A program made the position numbers and the translations under genes. DNA of 37,533 nt from a virus. The stretch is from positions 1 through 37,533 of IMG/VR virus record IMGVR_UViG_3300045988_154301; one strand, given 5' to 3'. This document shows, piece by piece, positions 15,202 through 23,772 of the stretch; positions within the stretch are counted from its first letter, which is position 1, and the number at the start of each line of letters is the position of its first letter. A model generated the notes under the pieces. It was not told the DNA's origin. It did no database searches and saw only the letters and a program-made list of their open reading frames with translations.

Positions 15202-15495
15202 ATGAAAGTAATGATTAGTCAGCCTATGAGAGGCAAAAGCAATAAACAAATAAGGCAGGAAAGAGCTGAACTAGTACAAAAGTTAGAAAATAAAGGATAT
15301 GAAGTTGTAGATACAGTTTTTGAAGAAGCACCAGCAGATGAGGATGTTGCAATTTATATGTTATCTCAATCAATAAGATATATAGGAAAAGTGGATGGAA
15401 TTGTCTTTATGAAAGGTTGGGAAAATGCAAGAGGTTGTAAAATAGAATACTATGTAGCTCAATATTATCACAAATTTATAGCAATGGAGGAATAA
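15202..15495 (+). CDS. DUF4406-like (nucleoside 2-deoxyribosyltransferase-fold) protein
   Basis: The pattern MKVMISQPMRGKSN...VDGIVFMKGWENARGCKIEYYVAQ matches the DUF4406 layout. The ATG at 15202 follows GTGAGGA. Confidence 0.55.
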   Translation: MKVMISQPMRGKSNKQIRQERAELVQKLENKGYEVVDTVFEEAPADEDVAIYMLSQSIRYIGKVDGIVFMKGWENARGCKIEYYVAQYYHKFIAMEE

Positions 15496-15499
15496 AAAT

Positions 15500-15757
15500 A
15501 TGGGAAGTAAAGAATTTATAGAAAAGTGCAAAGAAATAGTAAAACAATATGCAATAGAACATTTAGATAAAAGTGATAATATTCCAGAATTTGATGTATG
15601 GTATTGCAAAACATTACAAAATCATAAAGCGTTATTAAGTACAACATTATTTGATGGTATGTATTATGAATGTACATATAATGGAGATAAAAAAGAATTA
15701 TACTTTGATGCATATAAAAAGTTTGAAAATAAATGTATAAGAATGGAGGAAAAATAA
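15500..15757 (+). CDS. Small conserved phage protein, function unknown
   Basis: An 85-aa ORF with SD TGGAGGA. It contains the motif CKTLQNHKALLSTTLFDGMYYECTYNGDKKELYFDAYKK. Confidence 0.65.
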   Translation: MGSKEFIEKCKEIVKQYAIEHLDKSDNIPEFDVWYCKTLQNHKALLSTTLFDGMYYECTYNGDKKELYFDAYKKFENKCIRMEEK

Positions 15758-15759
15758 TT

Positions 15760-16143
15760 ATGGCATTAGATAGAGTTTTTAGTACACCTACAATAACAGT
15801 AGATCAAAATAAATATGACGAGTTAATTATTATAAAAGATAGATATAAACAATTAATACAAAAAGATAAAAAGGAATTATTTGATTTTGGACAAGCAATT
15901 AAATATTTAAAAGATGGAAAAAGAGTACAAAGACAAGGTTGGAATGGAAAAAATCAATATATAGAATTAGCAACTAATATTAGTTATAAAAATACTAATA
16001 ATGAAACGATAAATGCAGAACATGAAGCAATAGGAAATAAAGCAATAGCATTTGTAGGAACATCAGGTGTTCAATTAGGCTGGTTAGCAAGTCAGGCAGA
16101 TATGCTTGCAGAAGATTGGAGATTAGTAGAGTTAGGAGAATAA
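15760..16143 (+). CDS. DUF2829-family protein (Tad2-like candidate anti-Thoeris sponge)
   Basis: FDFGQAIKYLKDGKRVQRQGWNGKNQYIEL and GWLASQADMLAEDWRLVE match the DUF2829 signature. The ATG at 15760 follows GGAGGA. Confidence 0.65.
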   Translation: MALDRVFSTPTITVDQNKYDELIIIKDRYKQLIQKDKKELFDFGQAIKYLKDGKRVQRQGWNGKNQYIELATNISYKNTNNETINAEHEAIGNKAIAFVGTSGVQLGWLASQADMLAEDWRLVELGE

Positions 16144-16144
16144 C

Positions 16145-17617
16145 ATGGGAACAGTCAACGATAAAATTAAAAATGTAATACGAAATTGGTTAGAAATACA
16201 ACCAAGCGTAGGAGATACAATAACGATACAAGAAACGAATACATTTGAAGGAAACTGTTTTAGAAATTTATTATGGTATAGAGGAGACGCATCAGAATTA
16301 CATCAATACTACACTCAAACAGACGACTTAATGGGAAATGCAAAATTTTGGGCAGCACAAAGTACAACTGGTATAAATATTAGAAAAATACATACTGGGT
16401 TACCTGCTATGATAGTTGATATGTTAGCAGATATAATTGTTGATAGTTTTAATAAAATAGAAGTTAAAGGAAACAACGAAGCACAAACAAATTGGGAAGA
16501 AATAGCAAAAGAAAATGACTTCAAAGAAACATTAAAACAAGCAATAATTGATGTATTTGTGCAATGTGATGGTGCTTTTAAAATAAGTTATGACACAGAT
16601 ATAAGTAAATATCCTATAATAGAGTTTTACTCTGGACAAGATGTCGACTATGAATATACAAGAGGAAGAATAACAGGAATAAACTTTAAAAATAAATACC
16701 ATAAAAAAGATGCTTGCTATACTTTGTTTGAAAAATACTCAAAAAATGGAATAAAATATGAACTATACAAAAATGACCGATTAATGGATAATTACAGAGC
16801 CATTCCAGAAACAGCAGATTTAAAAGAACCAAGAGACACAAATTTTATGTTGGCTGTACCTATGATGTTTAATAAATCAAAGAAATATAAAGGCAGAGGA
16901 CAAAGTATATTAGAGAAAAAATTGGATGCGTTCGATAGTTTTGACGAAGTGTGGAGTAAATGGATAGATGCATTAAGAGATAATAGAACAATAACATATA
17001 TTCCAGAAGATTTAATTCCGACAGACGACAATGGCAATTTATTAAAGCCCAATACATTTGATAACAGATATGCAAAAACAGGCAGTTCATCAACAGAAAC
17101 AGAAAGTAGCAAGATAACAAGAGAAAAGGGAGATTTTGATTACGAGGGTATGTTACAGTCATATATAACAGCATTAGATTTGTGTTTACAAGGTTTAATA
17201 AGCCCATCAACATTAGGAATAGATGTAAAAAAATTAGACAATGCAGATGCACAAAGAGAAAAAGAAAAAGCAACACAATATACAAGAGGAAAAGTAATAG
17301 ATGTATTGGAAAAAGTTATTCCTAAGTTAGTTGAAATATGTTTAAAAACATATGATAAAGCACAGAAAAAAACAGCAGGTAAATATGAAGCAACGGTAGA
17401 TTTTAAAGAATATGCTAATCCAAGTTTTGAAGCAACAGTAGAAACAGTTTCAAAGGCTAGACCAGGACAAAATGTAATGAGCATTGAAAAGACGGTAGAC
17501 ACAATGTACGGTGATAGTTTAACGAAAGAAGAAAAAGAAGAAGAAGTAAAAAGACTAAAAGAAGAAGCGGGAATAATTGAAAAAGAAGAACCTAATATAA
17601 TGAACTTACTTGAGTAG
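16145..17617 (+). CDS. Portal protein (SPP1 gp6-like)
   Basis: A 490-aa ORF in the position after the terminase, with an acidic C-terminus typical of portals. SD AGGAGA. Confidence 0.8.
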   Translation: MGTVNDKIKNVIRNWLEIQPSVGDTITIQETNTFEGNCFRNLLWYRGDASELHQYYTQTDDLMGNAKFWAAQSTTGINIRKIHTGLPAMIVDMLADIIVDSFNKIEVKGNNEAQTNWEEIAKENDFKETLKQAIIDVFVQCDGAFKISYDTDISKYPIIEFYSGQDVDYEYTRGRITGINFKNKYHKKDACYTLFEKYSKNGIKYELYKNDRLMDNYRAIPETADLKEPRDTNFMLAVPMMFNKSKKYKGRGQSILEKKLDAFDSFDEVWSKWIDALRDNRTITYIPEDLIPTDDNGNLLKPNTFDNRYAKTGSSSTETESSKITREKGDFDYEGMLQSYITALDLCLQGLISPSTLGIDVKKLDNADAQREKEKATQYTRGKVIDVLEKVIPKLVEICLKTYDKAQKKTAGKYEATVDFKEYANPSFEATVETVSKARPGQNVMSIEKTVDTMYGDSLTKEEKEEEVKRLKEEAGIIEKEEPNIMNLLE

Positions 17618-17625
17618 GTGATTAA

Positions 17626-19119
17626 ATGCAAGATGAATACGATATAAAAAAAATAATGGAAGAAATAGAAATGCAATTAATTGCTTCTATGAAAAGAACA
17701 TTGTGGAGTCATAAAGAAGATGAAAAAGCAAAAGGATTTGATTGGCCACAGTGGCAAGCACTGAAAATAAAACAATTTGAAGATTATAAAAAGGCAAATA
17801 AGGAAATATTTAATAATAATACTAAAAATTTAAATAAGAATATATATAAAAATATAAAAGAACAATTTAAAGAGGGAGCAAGTAAAACAAAAAAAAGTGC
17901 TTTAAAAGCCGGAGTAATAAAAAAGGATGATTTTAAACTTGGTGGTTCGTTTTTTGGGTTAAATGATAGGAAATTAAATGCATTAATAAAAAGTACAAAA
18001 TCAGATATAAAAGATGTAAAATATGCAACTTTAAGAATGGCTAATGATCAGTATAGACAAATAATATACAAGGCACAAGTATTTGCTAATACCGGCGCTG
18101 GAACTGTAAAGCAAGCCATCGACATGGCAAGCAATGATTTTCTAAAAAGAGGATTCAATTGTATTGAATATAAAAATGGTAGCAGGCATAATATAGCTGA
18201 TTATTGTGATATGGCGATTAGAACAGCAAATAAAAGAGCTAACCTAATGGGCGAAGGTGAAATGCGTAAAAAATTAGGTAATTCGTTAGTATATATATCA
18301 AAACACGGAGGTGCTTGTGGTAAGTGTACGCCATGGGAAGGCAGAGTATATATAGATGATGTATGGTCTGGTGGAAAAGAAAATGATGGAAAATATCCGT
18401 TGTTAAGTACTGCAATAGCTGGAGGTTTATTTCACCCTAGGTGTCATCATGGTGCTAGTACATATTACGAAGGTATAAATGACGAACCAGAAGAAGTGAC
18501 TCAAGCAAAAGAACATCATAATGAAGAAGATAAATATACTCAATATATACAACAAAGACAGAAACAATATCAAAGATTAGCAACAGGAAGTTTATTGACT
18601 GAAAATGTATTAAATTATCAAAATAAAGTAAATGAATTGCAAAATCAAATAGAAAGTAGTAAAATAAGTCTAACAGACGATGAACAATACGCAATAAATC
18701 AATATATTAGTTCTGAAAGTTATAAAATAAATGAAATACTAAGAAACAATCTTAAACTGAATAATAATCAAAAGAATATAATTAAGCATTTAGATAAGGC
18801 ATTAAATAAATGCAAAAACTATAACGGGAAGATAGTTAGAGTTTTAGATATAACAGATAGTAAAAAATTAAAAGAATTTATAGAACTGAATAAACTTAAT
18901 AAGTTAATAATATTTAATGAATATTTATCTTTTTCAAATAAATCTAATTATAATGAAAATGCTAATGTAATAATATATATTGTATCAAGTAAAGCAAAAG
19001 ATTTAAGAAAATTTAATCCAGATGAATCTGAAATATTATATCCAAGAAATAGTAGATTTATTGTTGAAAACATAAAGAAAATAAATGATAAATATTATTT
19101 GCTATGGAGGGAAATTTAA
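17626..19119 (+). CDS. Head morphogenesis protein (SPP1 gp7 / Mu F-like) fused to a C-terminal ADP-ribosyltransferase domain
   Basis: The gp7 core reads ..CGKCTPWEGRVY..GGLFHPRCHH... The C-terminal 150 aa carry C3-like ART motifs: YAINQY..YKINEILRNN, IVRVL (Arg), LSFSN (the STS position) and DESEILYPRNSRFIV (ExE). Confidence 0.7.
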   Translation: MQDEYDIKKIMEEIEMQLIASMKRTLWSHKEDEKAKGFDWPQWQALKIKQFEDYKKANKEIFNNNTKNLNKNIYKNIKEQFKEGASKTKKSALKAGVIKKDDFKLGGSFFGLNDRKLNALIKSTKSDIKDVKYATLRMANDQYRQIIYKAQVFANTGAGTVKQAIDMASNDFLKRGFNCIEYKNGSRHNIADYCDMAIRTANKRANLMGEGEMRKKLGNSLVYISKHGGACGKCTPWEGRVYIDDVWSGGKENDGKYPLLSTAIAGGLFHPRCHHGASTYYEGINDEPEEVTQAKEHHNEEDKYTQYIQQRQKQYQRLATGSLLTENVLNYQNKVNELQNQIESSKISLTDDEQYAINQYISSESYKINEILRNNLKLNNNQKNIIKHLDKALNKCKNYNGKIVRVLDITDSKKLKEFIELNKLNKLIIFNEYLSFSNKSNYNENANVIIYIVSSKAKDLRKFNPDESEILYPRNSRFIVENIKKINDKYYLLWREI

Positions 19120-19268
19120 TGGAGAATCCTAGATGGATAAATGAAATACCTAAACCAATTCCAATTAACGAGAAAGTTGAAATAACAGATGAAATGAAAA
19201 AAGAGGCCAGGGAGTTCTCAAATGCAGTTGAAAATGGGAAAATTGATGAATGGTTTAACAAGAAATAA
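19119..19268 (+). CDS. Small ORF (49 aa) translationally coupled to the ART fusion gene
   Basis: It is not in the ORF track. A TAATG overlap occurs at 19117..19121. Sequence: MENPRWINEIPKPIPINEKVEITDEMKKEAREFSNAVENGKIDEWFNKK. Confidence 0.45.
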   Translation: MENPRWINEIPKPIPINEKVEITDEMKKEAREFSNAVENGKIDEWFNKK

Positions 19269-19351
19269 GTTTTTATATTAATCGACAAAAATCGACAACA
19301 TATTATAAGAAAATATTGTATAATTTTTATAGTATAAGGAGATGATGTGTT

Positions 19352-19690
19352 ATGGATACAAAATTTTGCAAACACTGTGGTGAAAAAATACCAGCAGATG
19401 CAATAATATGTACTAAATGTGGTAGACAAGTGGAAGAATTAAAACAAGAAAGACAAAATATAGTAATTAATAATAGTAATGTTAATAATAATGTAAATCA
19501 GGCGGCAGGAAAAGCAAAAAACAAATGGGTATCTTTAGTATTGTGTATTTTCACAGTGTGCGGACACAAATTTTATGAAGGAAAAATTGGAATGGGAATA
19601 ATATATTTATTCACAGGAGGATTATTTGGAATAGGGTGGTTAATAGATATAATATCATTATTATTTAAGCCAAATCCATATTATGTATAA
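19352..19690 (+). CDS. Zinc-ribbon plus TM2-domain membrane protein (moron)
   Basis: An N-terminal CKHCG..CTKCG zinc ribbon is followed by the C-terminal TM2-like segment GHKFYEGKIGMGIIYLFTGGLFGIGWLIDIISL. SD AAGGAGA, with terminators downstream. Confidence 0.7.
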   Translation: MDTKFCKHCGEKIPADAIICTKCGRQVEELKQERQNIVINNSNVNNNVNQAAGKAKNKWVSLVLCIFTVCGHKFYEGKIGMGIIYLFTGGLFGIGWLIDIISLLFKPNPYYV

Positions 19691-19695
19691 AATTT

Positions 19696-19726
19696 AAGTG
19701 CTTACAGAGATGTAAGTGCTTTTTTA
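19696..19726 (+). terminator. Intrinsic terminator after the TM2 gene
   Basis: An 11-bp stem (AAGTGCTTACA with TGTAAGTGCTT, two G-U pairs), a GAGA loop and a T-run. Confidence 0.6.
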
Positions 19727-19729
19727 TAT

Positions 19730-19803
19730 GCAAATTTAGTGTAATGGTAGCACAACAGTCTCCAAAACTGTTAGTAATAGTTCAAATCTATTAATTTGTG
19801 CCA
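19730..19803 (+). tRNA. trnW: Phage-encoded tRNA-Trp (anticodon CCA)
   Basis: It folds by hand into a cloverleaf: acceptor GCAAATT/AATTTGT (G1-U72), D arm GTGT-AATGGTA-GCAC, anticodon arm ACAGT-CTCCAAA-ACTGT, variable loop TAGT, T arm AATAG-TTCAAAT-CTATT, discriminator G and encoded CCA. Total length is 74 nt. Confidence 0.85.
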
Positions 19804-19804
19804 T

Positions 19805-19834
19805 AAAGAGTTAGAGAAAACTAGCTCTTTTTTT
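19805..19834 (+). terminator. Intrinsic terminator after the tRNA
   Basis: AAAGAGTTAG pairs with CTAGCTCTTT (10 bp, one G-U), followed by T-run. Confidence 0.7.
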
Positions 19835-19901
19835 ATGCCTCAAAACATGTTCTGGGGCTAATCAGATCAGCATGGGGGAATTTTCCAAGGAGGTACAAAA
19901 T

Positions 19902-20510
19902 ATGGAAAATGTAAAAGAAGAAAACGTAGATACTCAGACTACGGCAGGTAACGATGTTCAAAAAACTAATGAACAGGAAAAAACTGAAAAAAAAGGCGAG
20001 GGGGAGAAAACTAAAAAGGTAGCACAAAAAAGTGATGATGGCTCAATAGTTTTCAAAAATCAGGATGAGTTAGACGGATTTATTAGAAGAATGTATGCGA
20101 AAGGTGCTGAAAAAGCAGAACAAGGTGCAACTTCTAAACAAGTTCAAGAAGCTCAAAATAAGCAAGAGGATAAAGGACAAGAAGAACAAAAAGAGACTGC
20201 TCAAACAGACTATACTGACAAAGTAGCACTTGCTATGGCCAAAGCTGGTGTAGATGTCAAAAAAGTTGAAAGAGCAGCAAGATTAGTTGATATGTCAAAA
20301 GTTCTAGAAAACGGTGTATTAGATGCTAAAAAACTAGAAGACGAAATCAACGCAGTAATTTCTGAATTTCCTGAGTTAAAAATAGCAAAGGAAGAAGAAA
20401 AAGAAGAAAAAGGATTTAAGTTCGGAGCAACACAAAGTAACTCTGACGAAAATCAAAAAAACAAAAAGCCTGTAGCCACAAAAAGATGGAACAGGTTTAA
20501 TTCATTTTAG
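19902..20510 (+). CDS. Capsid scaffolding protein
   Basis: The ATG at 19902 follows AAGGAGG. The protein is acidic, E/K-rich and helical, and lies immediately upstream of the major capsid gene. Confidence 0.7.
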   Translation: MENVKEENVDTQTTAGNDVQKTNEQEKTEKKGEGEKTKKVAQKSDDGSIVFKNQDELDGFIRRMYAKGAEKAEQGATSKQVQEAQNKQEDKGQEEQKETAQTDYTDKVALAMAKAGVDVKKVERAARLVDMSKVLENGVLDAKKLEDEINAVISEFPELKIAKEEEKEEKGFKFGATQSNSDENQKNKKPVATKRWNRFNSF

Positions 20511-20523
20511 GAGGTAATTAATT

Positions 20524-21501
20524 ATGGCAAATTCATTGAATTATGCAGAGGTTTGGCTTCCAGACCTATTAGAAATAATGGAGCAAGATAGTTTAACATC
20601 ACCATTTATAACATCAAACGTTAAATGGGTAGGTGCTAAAACATTTCATTTTACACAAATGAAGACAAGTGGTTATAAATCACATAATAGAAATGGTGGA
20701 TGGAATAAAGGTAGTTATGAACAAAATGATGTACCTTATACAGTTACACATGATAGAGATATTGAATTTTTAGTAGATGTAGCAGATGTTGATGAAACAA
20801 ATCAAACAGCATCAATAAAAAATATATCTAAAACATTCCATAAAACTCAACAAGTTCCAGAGATGGACGCATATTTCTTTTCAAAAGTAGCAAGTGAAGC
20901 ACAAAAATTAACAGGGTATCATAGTTCTACAGCTGAATCAGAGTGGACAAAAGCAAATGTATTTACAAAATTAAAAGGTATGCTTAGTGCTGGAAAATTA
21001 AGAAGATATGTAAAAAATGGTTCATTAATTTGTTATGTTAGAAGTTTTATTATGGATTTATTAGAACAATCTACAGACTTCACAAGAAAAATAGAAATGA
21101 CACAAATAGCAGAAGGTGGAATTGGTATTGAAACAAGAATAACAGATATTGATGGTGTAACTATTATGGAAGTTATAGATGATGAAAGATTTTATGATAA
21201 ATTCGATTTTACAGATGGATTTGAACCAGTAGAAAAAGTAACAGCTGATCCAGGCAAAGGAATAGAAGCTGTAACAGGTTCTCATAAAATAAATGTATTA
21301 ATCGCATCTCTTGAAACTGTAAAAACAGTTCCTAAAATATCTAACATATATTATTTTGCACCTGGTTCACATACAGAAGGTGATGGCTATTTATATCAAG
21401 ACCACTCATTATCTGATACATTTGTTTTCCCAAACGGAAAAGATAATAAAATTGATAGTATATATGTTGATGTTGATACAACTGAATATGCTGGAGAATA
21501 G
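20524..21501 (+). CDS. Major capsid protein
   Basis: A 325-aa ORF with SD AGGAGG, called from its position after the scaffold gene and its size. Confidence 0.75.
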   Translation: MANSLNYAEVWLPDLLEIMEQDSLTSPFITSNVKWVGAKTFHFTQMKTSGYKSHNRNGGWNKGSYEQNDVPYTVTHDRDIEFLVDVADVDETNQTASIKNISKTFHKTQQVPEMDAYFFSKVASEAQKLTGYHSSTAESEWTKANVFTKLKGMLSAGKLRRYVKNGSLICYVRSFIMDLLEQSTDFTRKIEMTQIAEGGIGIETRITDIDGVTIMEVIDDERFYDKFDFTDGFEPVEKVTADPGKGIEAVTGSHKINVLIASLETVKTVPKISNIYYFAPGSHTEGDGYLYQDHSLSDTFVFPNGKDNKIDSIYVDVDTTEYAGE

Positions 21502-21510
21502 GAGGTCACA

Positions 21511-21780
21511 ATGTCTAAAATAAAAATAGTAAAAGATAATGTATTATTGTCTATCGAAGAGGAAGAATTAGCACAATATGAGGCAAGAGGATATTCTAAA
21601 TTAGGAGCTACTAAAAAAGTGGCTCCTAAAGATTTAGAAAAAAAATTAAAGAAATTTGCAAAAGTTAATGAAGAATTAACAGCGAAAATAACAAAAGTTG
21701 AAGAAGAAAAGACAGAGTTAGTAAAAGTTAATGAAGAATTAACAGCGAAAATTGCAGAGTTAGAAAAGAAAGTAAAATAA
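21511..21780 (+). CDS. Small coiled-coil head-associated protein with an internal VNEELTAKI duplication
   Basis: An 89-aa ORF with SD AGGAGG. The sequence GTTAATGAAGAATTAACAGCGAAAAT occurs twice (21664.. and 21727..). Confidence 0.65.
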   Translation: MSKIKIVKDNVLLSIEEEELAQYEARGYSKLGATKKVAPKDLEKKLKKFAKVNEELTAKITKVEEEKTELVKVNEELTAKIAELEKKVK

Positions 21781-21792
21781 GAGGTGTTGCAC

Positions 21793-22170
21793 ATGATAAA
21801 TGTTTATGCAACAACTAATGATTATTTCAAATATGGAAATAACATATTTGAAAACGGGGAAAATATAGAAAAATATTTAGAATTAGCTTCTATAGATATT
21901 AATAAAGCTACGTTAACAAGAATAGAAAGAAGAGGGTTTGATAATTTAACAAATCAGCAAAAAGATTTAATAATCAAAGCAACTTGTATTCAAGCGGATT
22001 ATATAAAAGAAGAGGGCACATACGATGATGAAAGCATATCTAGTTATTCGATAGGTGGAGACTTAACTATAAATGAAACTGAATCACAAGATATGGCTGA
22101 TAAATTAAAAATATCAAAAGTGGCTTTTTCTTATTTAAAAAGAACAGGGCTAACGCCAAGAATAATATGA
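21793..22170 (+). CDS. Head-tail connector (gp6-like)
   Basis: The ATG at 21793 follows AAGAGGTG. Called from position and size within the connector module. Confidence 0.6.
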   Translation: MINVYATTNDYFKYGNNIFENGENIEKYLELASIDINKATLTRIERRGFDNLTNQQKDLIIKATCIQADYIKEEGTYDDESISSYSIGGDLTINETESQDMADKLKISKVAFSYLKRTGLTPRII

Positions 22171-22514
22171 TAAAAAAATTAAATCCAAAACATTTAAAAA
22201 GATTATTAAATAATGAATGCGATGTAGTTATATATCAAGAAGGCTTATCAGAAGATGGTGAGCCTTTAGCTTCTTTAAACTTAAAAAAACAAAAATGTAG
22301 ATTTGTTGAAATAACAAAAATTATAATAAGTTCAGATGGAAAGAAAATACAGCTTGTAGGAAAAGTAATATTGCTAGGAGATATAGCACCGAATATAAAG
22401 AAGATAAGTGGTGGACAAGTAATAATAAATGAAATAGAATATGAAATTTATCAAGCAAGTAGACCAAGAAATCCGGATGGAACAGTTCATCATACGACAT
22501 TGGAGTTGATGTAA
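22167..22514 (+). CDS. Head closure / head-tail adaptor protein
   Basis: A 115-aa ORF with an ATGA overlap with the previous gene. Confidence 0.55.
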   Translation: MIKKLNPKHLKRLLNNECDVVIYQEGLSEDGEPLASLNLKKQKCRFVEITKIIISSDGKKIQLVGKVILLGDIAPNIKKISGGQVIINEIEYEIYQASRPRNPDGTVHHTTLELM

Positions 22515-22515
22515 T

Positions 22516-22878
22516 ATGAAGATAACATATAATACTAAAAATATTAGTAGAATAAATCAAAATGCTAGATTAGCTTTAATTGATACATCTGAAGCGATAA
22601 AAACTGATATAATTCAAAGCCAAACGATGCCATTCGACACTGGAACAATGCAAAATGATAGTACTTTCACAGATACAAAAAGTAATAAAAAAAATTGTGT
22701 TAAAATCGTAGTTGATACGCCTTACGCAAGAAAAGTTTATTTTGATCCTGAATTGCATATAAAAAGAGTTAAAAATCCTAATGCAAAACAGTATTATTTT
22801 GATGATTATATTAATGGAATCAAGAAAGATTTACCAATAAAATATTTTAAACAAATGTTAAAAAGGAGAAATGGATAA
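22516..22878 (+). CDS. HK97 gp10-like tail-head joining protein
   Basis: ALIDTSEAIKTDIIQSQTMPFDTGTMQNDSTF resembles the gp10 family. Confidence 0.55.
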   Translation: MKITYNTKNISRINQNARLALIDTSEAIKTDIIQSQTMPFDTGTMQNDSTFTDTKSNKKNCVKIVVDTPYARKVYFDPELHIKRVKNPNAKQYYFDDYINGIKKDLPIKYFKQMLKRRNG

Positions 22879-23291
22879 TGATAGCAAGAATTAGTGTATC
22901 TAAAATAAGAGATTATTTAAAAACTATTATTACAGATTGCCCAAAATGGTATATAGGCCAAATGGATGAAAATCAAGATAAAGCAATTGCCTTATATGCT
23001 AATCGTAGACAATTAGAAGATAATTCTAAATATAAAAAGTTGAAAAGTTATGGAATATTACCAGTTACATTACTGTTAAGATGGACTAAAAATTATAATA
23101 TGGCTGAAACAATGGCCAATAAAATTTATGAACTACTAGATTGTAGTTCTTTTTTTATTGATGATTATAATTGCTCAATTGAGTGCTTATATAATGGCCC
23201 TATTGATTTAGGAGCCGATGAAAACAATGTTTATAAGTTTTCAATAGAATTTAATTTATTATATAGAAAGGGTGAAAATAATGGCAACTAA
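22878..23291 (+). CDS. Tail completion protein
   Basis: A 137-aa ORF coupled to its neighbours, immediately upstream of the major tail gene. Confidence 0.5.
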   Translation: MIARISVSKIRDYLKTIITDCPKWYIGQMDENQDKAIALYANRRQLEDNSKYKKLKSYGILPVTLLLRWTKNYNMAETMANKIYELLDCSSFFIDDYNCSIECLYNGPIDLGADENNVYKFSIEFNLLYRKGENNGN

Positions 23292-23721
23292 AACAGGAGT
23301 ATATCCAGTGTATGAAAACCAATTTCAAGTTGGAACTAGTAAAGAGGCATTAAAAGATATAGCAGATATGGAAAGCTTCTCAGTAAAATTAGATAACGGA
23401 GTAGAAGAATGGAATCCACTAGATCAAAAAGGATGGGTTAGAAGATTAATGACTTCTAAATCTGTTACTATTTCTATTTCAGGGAAAAGAAATTTTGGAG
23501 ATGCTGGAAATGATTATGTAGCAGGATTAGCATTAAAAAATGGAAGAGATGTTGAAGGATGTTTACAATGGACATTTCCAGATGGAGCAAAATTAGTATT
23601 CGAAAATGCAATATTTAATATAACAAACTGGGGAGCTGGAAAATCAACAGAAGTTATTCCGCTAGAATTTGATGTAATGTCAAATGGAAAACCAACATAT
23701 ACAGAAGCAGTGGGAGGATAA
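23281..23721 (+). CDS. Major tail protein
   Basis: The ATG at 23281 follows AAGGGTGA. It is 146 aa, is followed by a strong terminator-like hairpin, and lies upstream of the chaperone/tape measure pair. Confidence 0.7.
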   Translation: MATKTGVYPVYENQFQVGTSKEALKDIADMESFSVKLDNGVEEWNPLDQKGWVRRLMTSKSVTISISGKRNFGDAGNDYVAGLALKNGRDVEGCLQWTFPDGAKLVFENAIFNITNWGAGKSTEVIPLEFDVMSNGKPTYTEAVGG

Positions 23722-23723
23722 AG

Positions 23724-23753
23724 AGAGTAGGTTTAAACCTACTCTTTATTTTA
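23724..23753 (+). terminator. Hairpin after the major tail gene, a partial terminator typical of this position
   Basis: AGAGTAGGT pairs with ACCTACTCT (9 bp), followed by TTATTTTAT. Confidence 0.6.
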
Positions 23754-23772
23754 TATTTAGGAGGAATTTAAA

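Noticed and set aside
17140-17676. Long antisense ORFs opposite structural genes: 17140..17676, 5256..5702, 21396..21794, 25145..25600 and others in the track.
   Set aside because: They are typical AT-rich antisense shadows. They have no SD, are hydrophobic and low-complexity, and each lies fully inside a well-supported sense gene.
19730-19803. The phage tRNA as the agent that decodes CGG or CGGN, as a suppressor or quadruplet reader.
   Set aside because: The anticodon loop is a normal 7-nt CTCCAAA with anticodon CCA (Trp). Nothing in it pairs with CGG.
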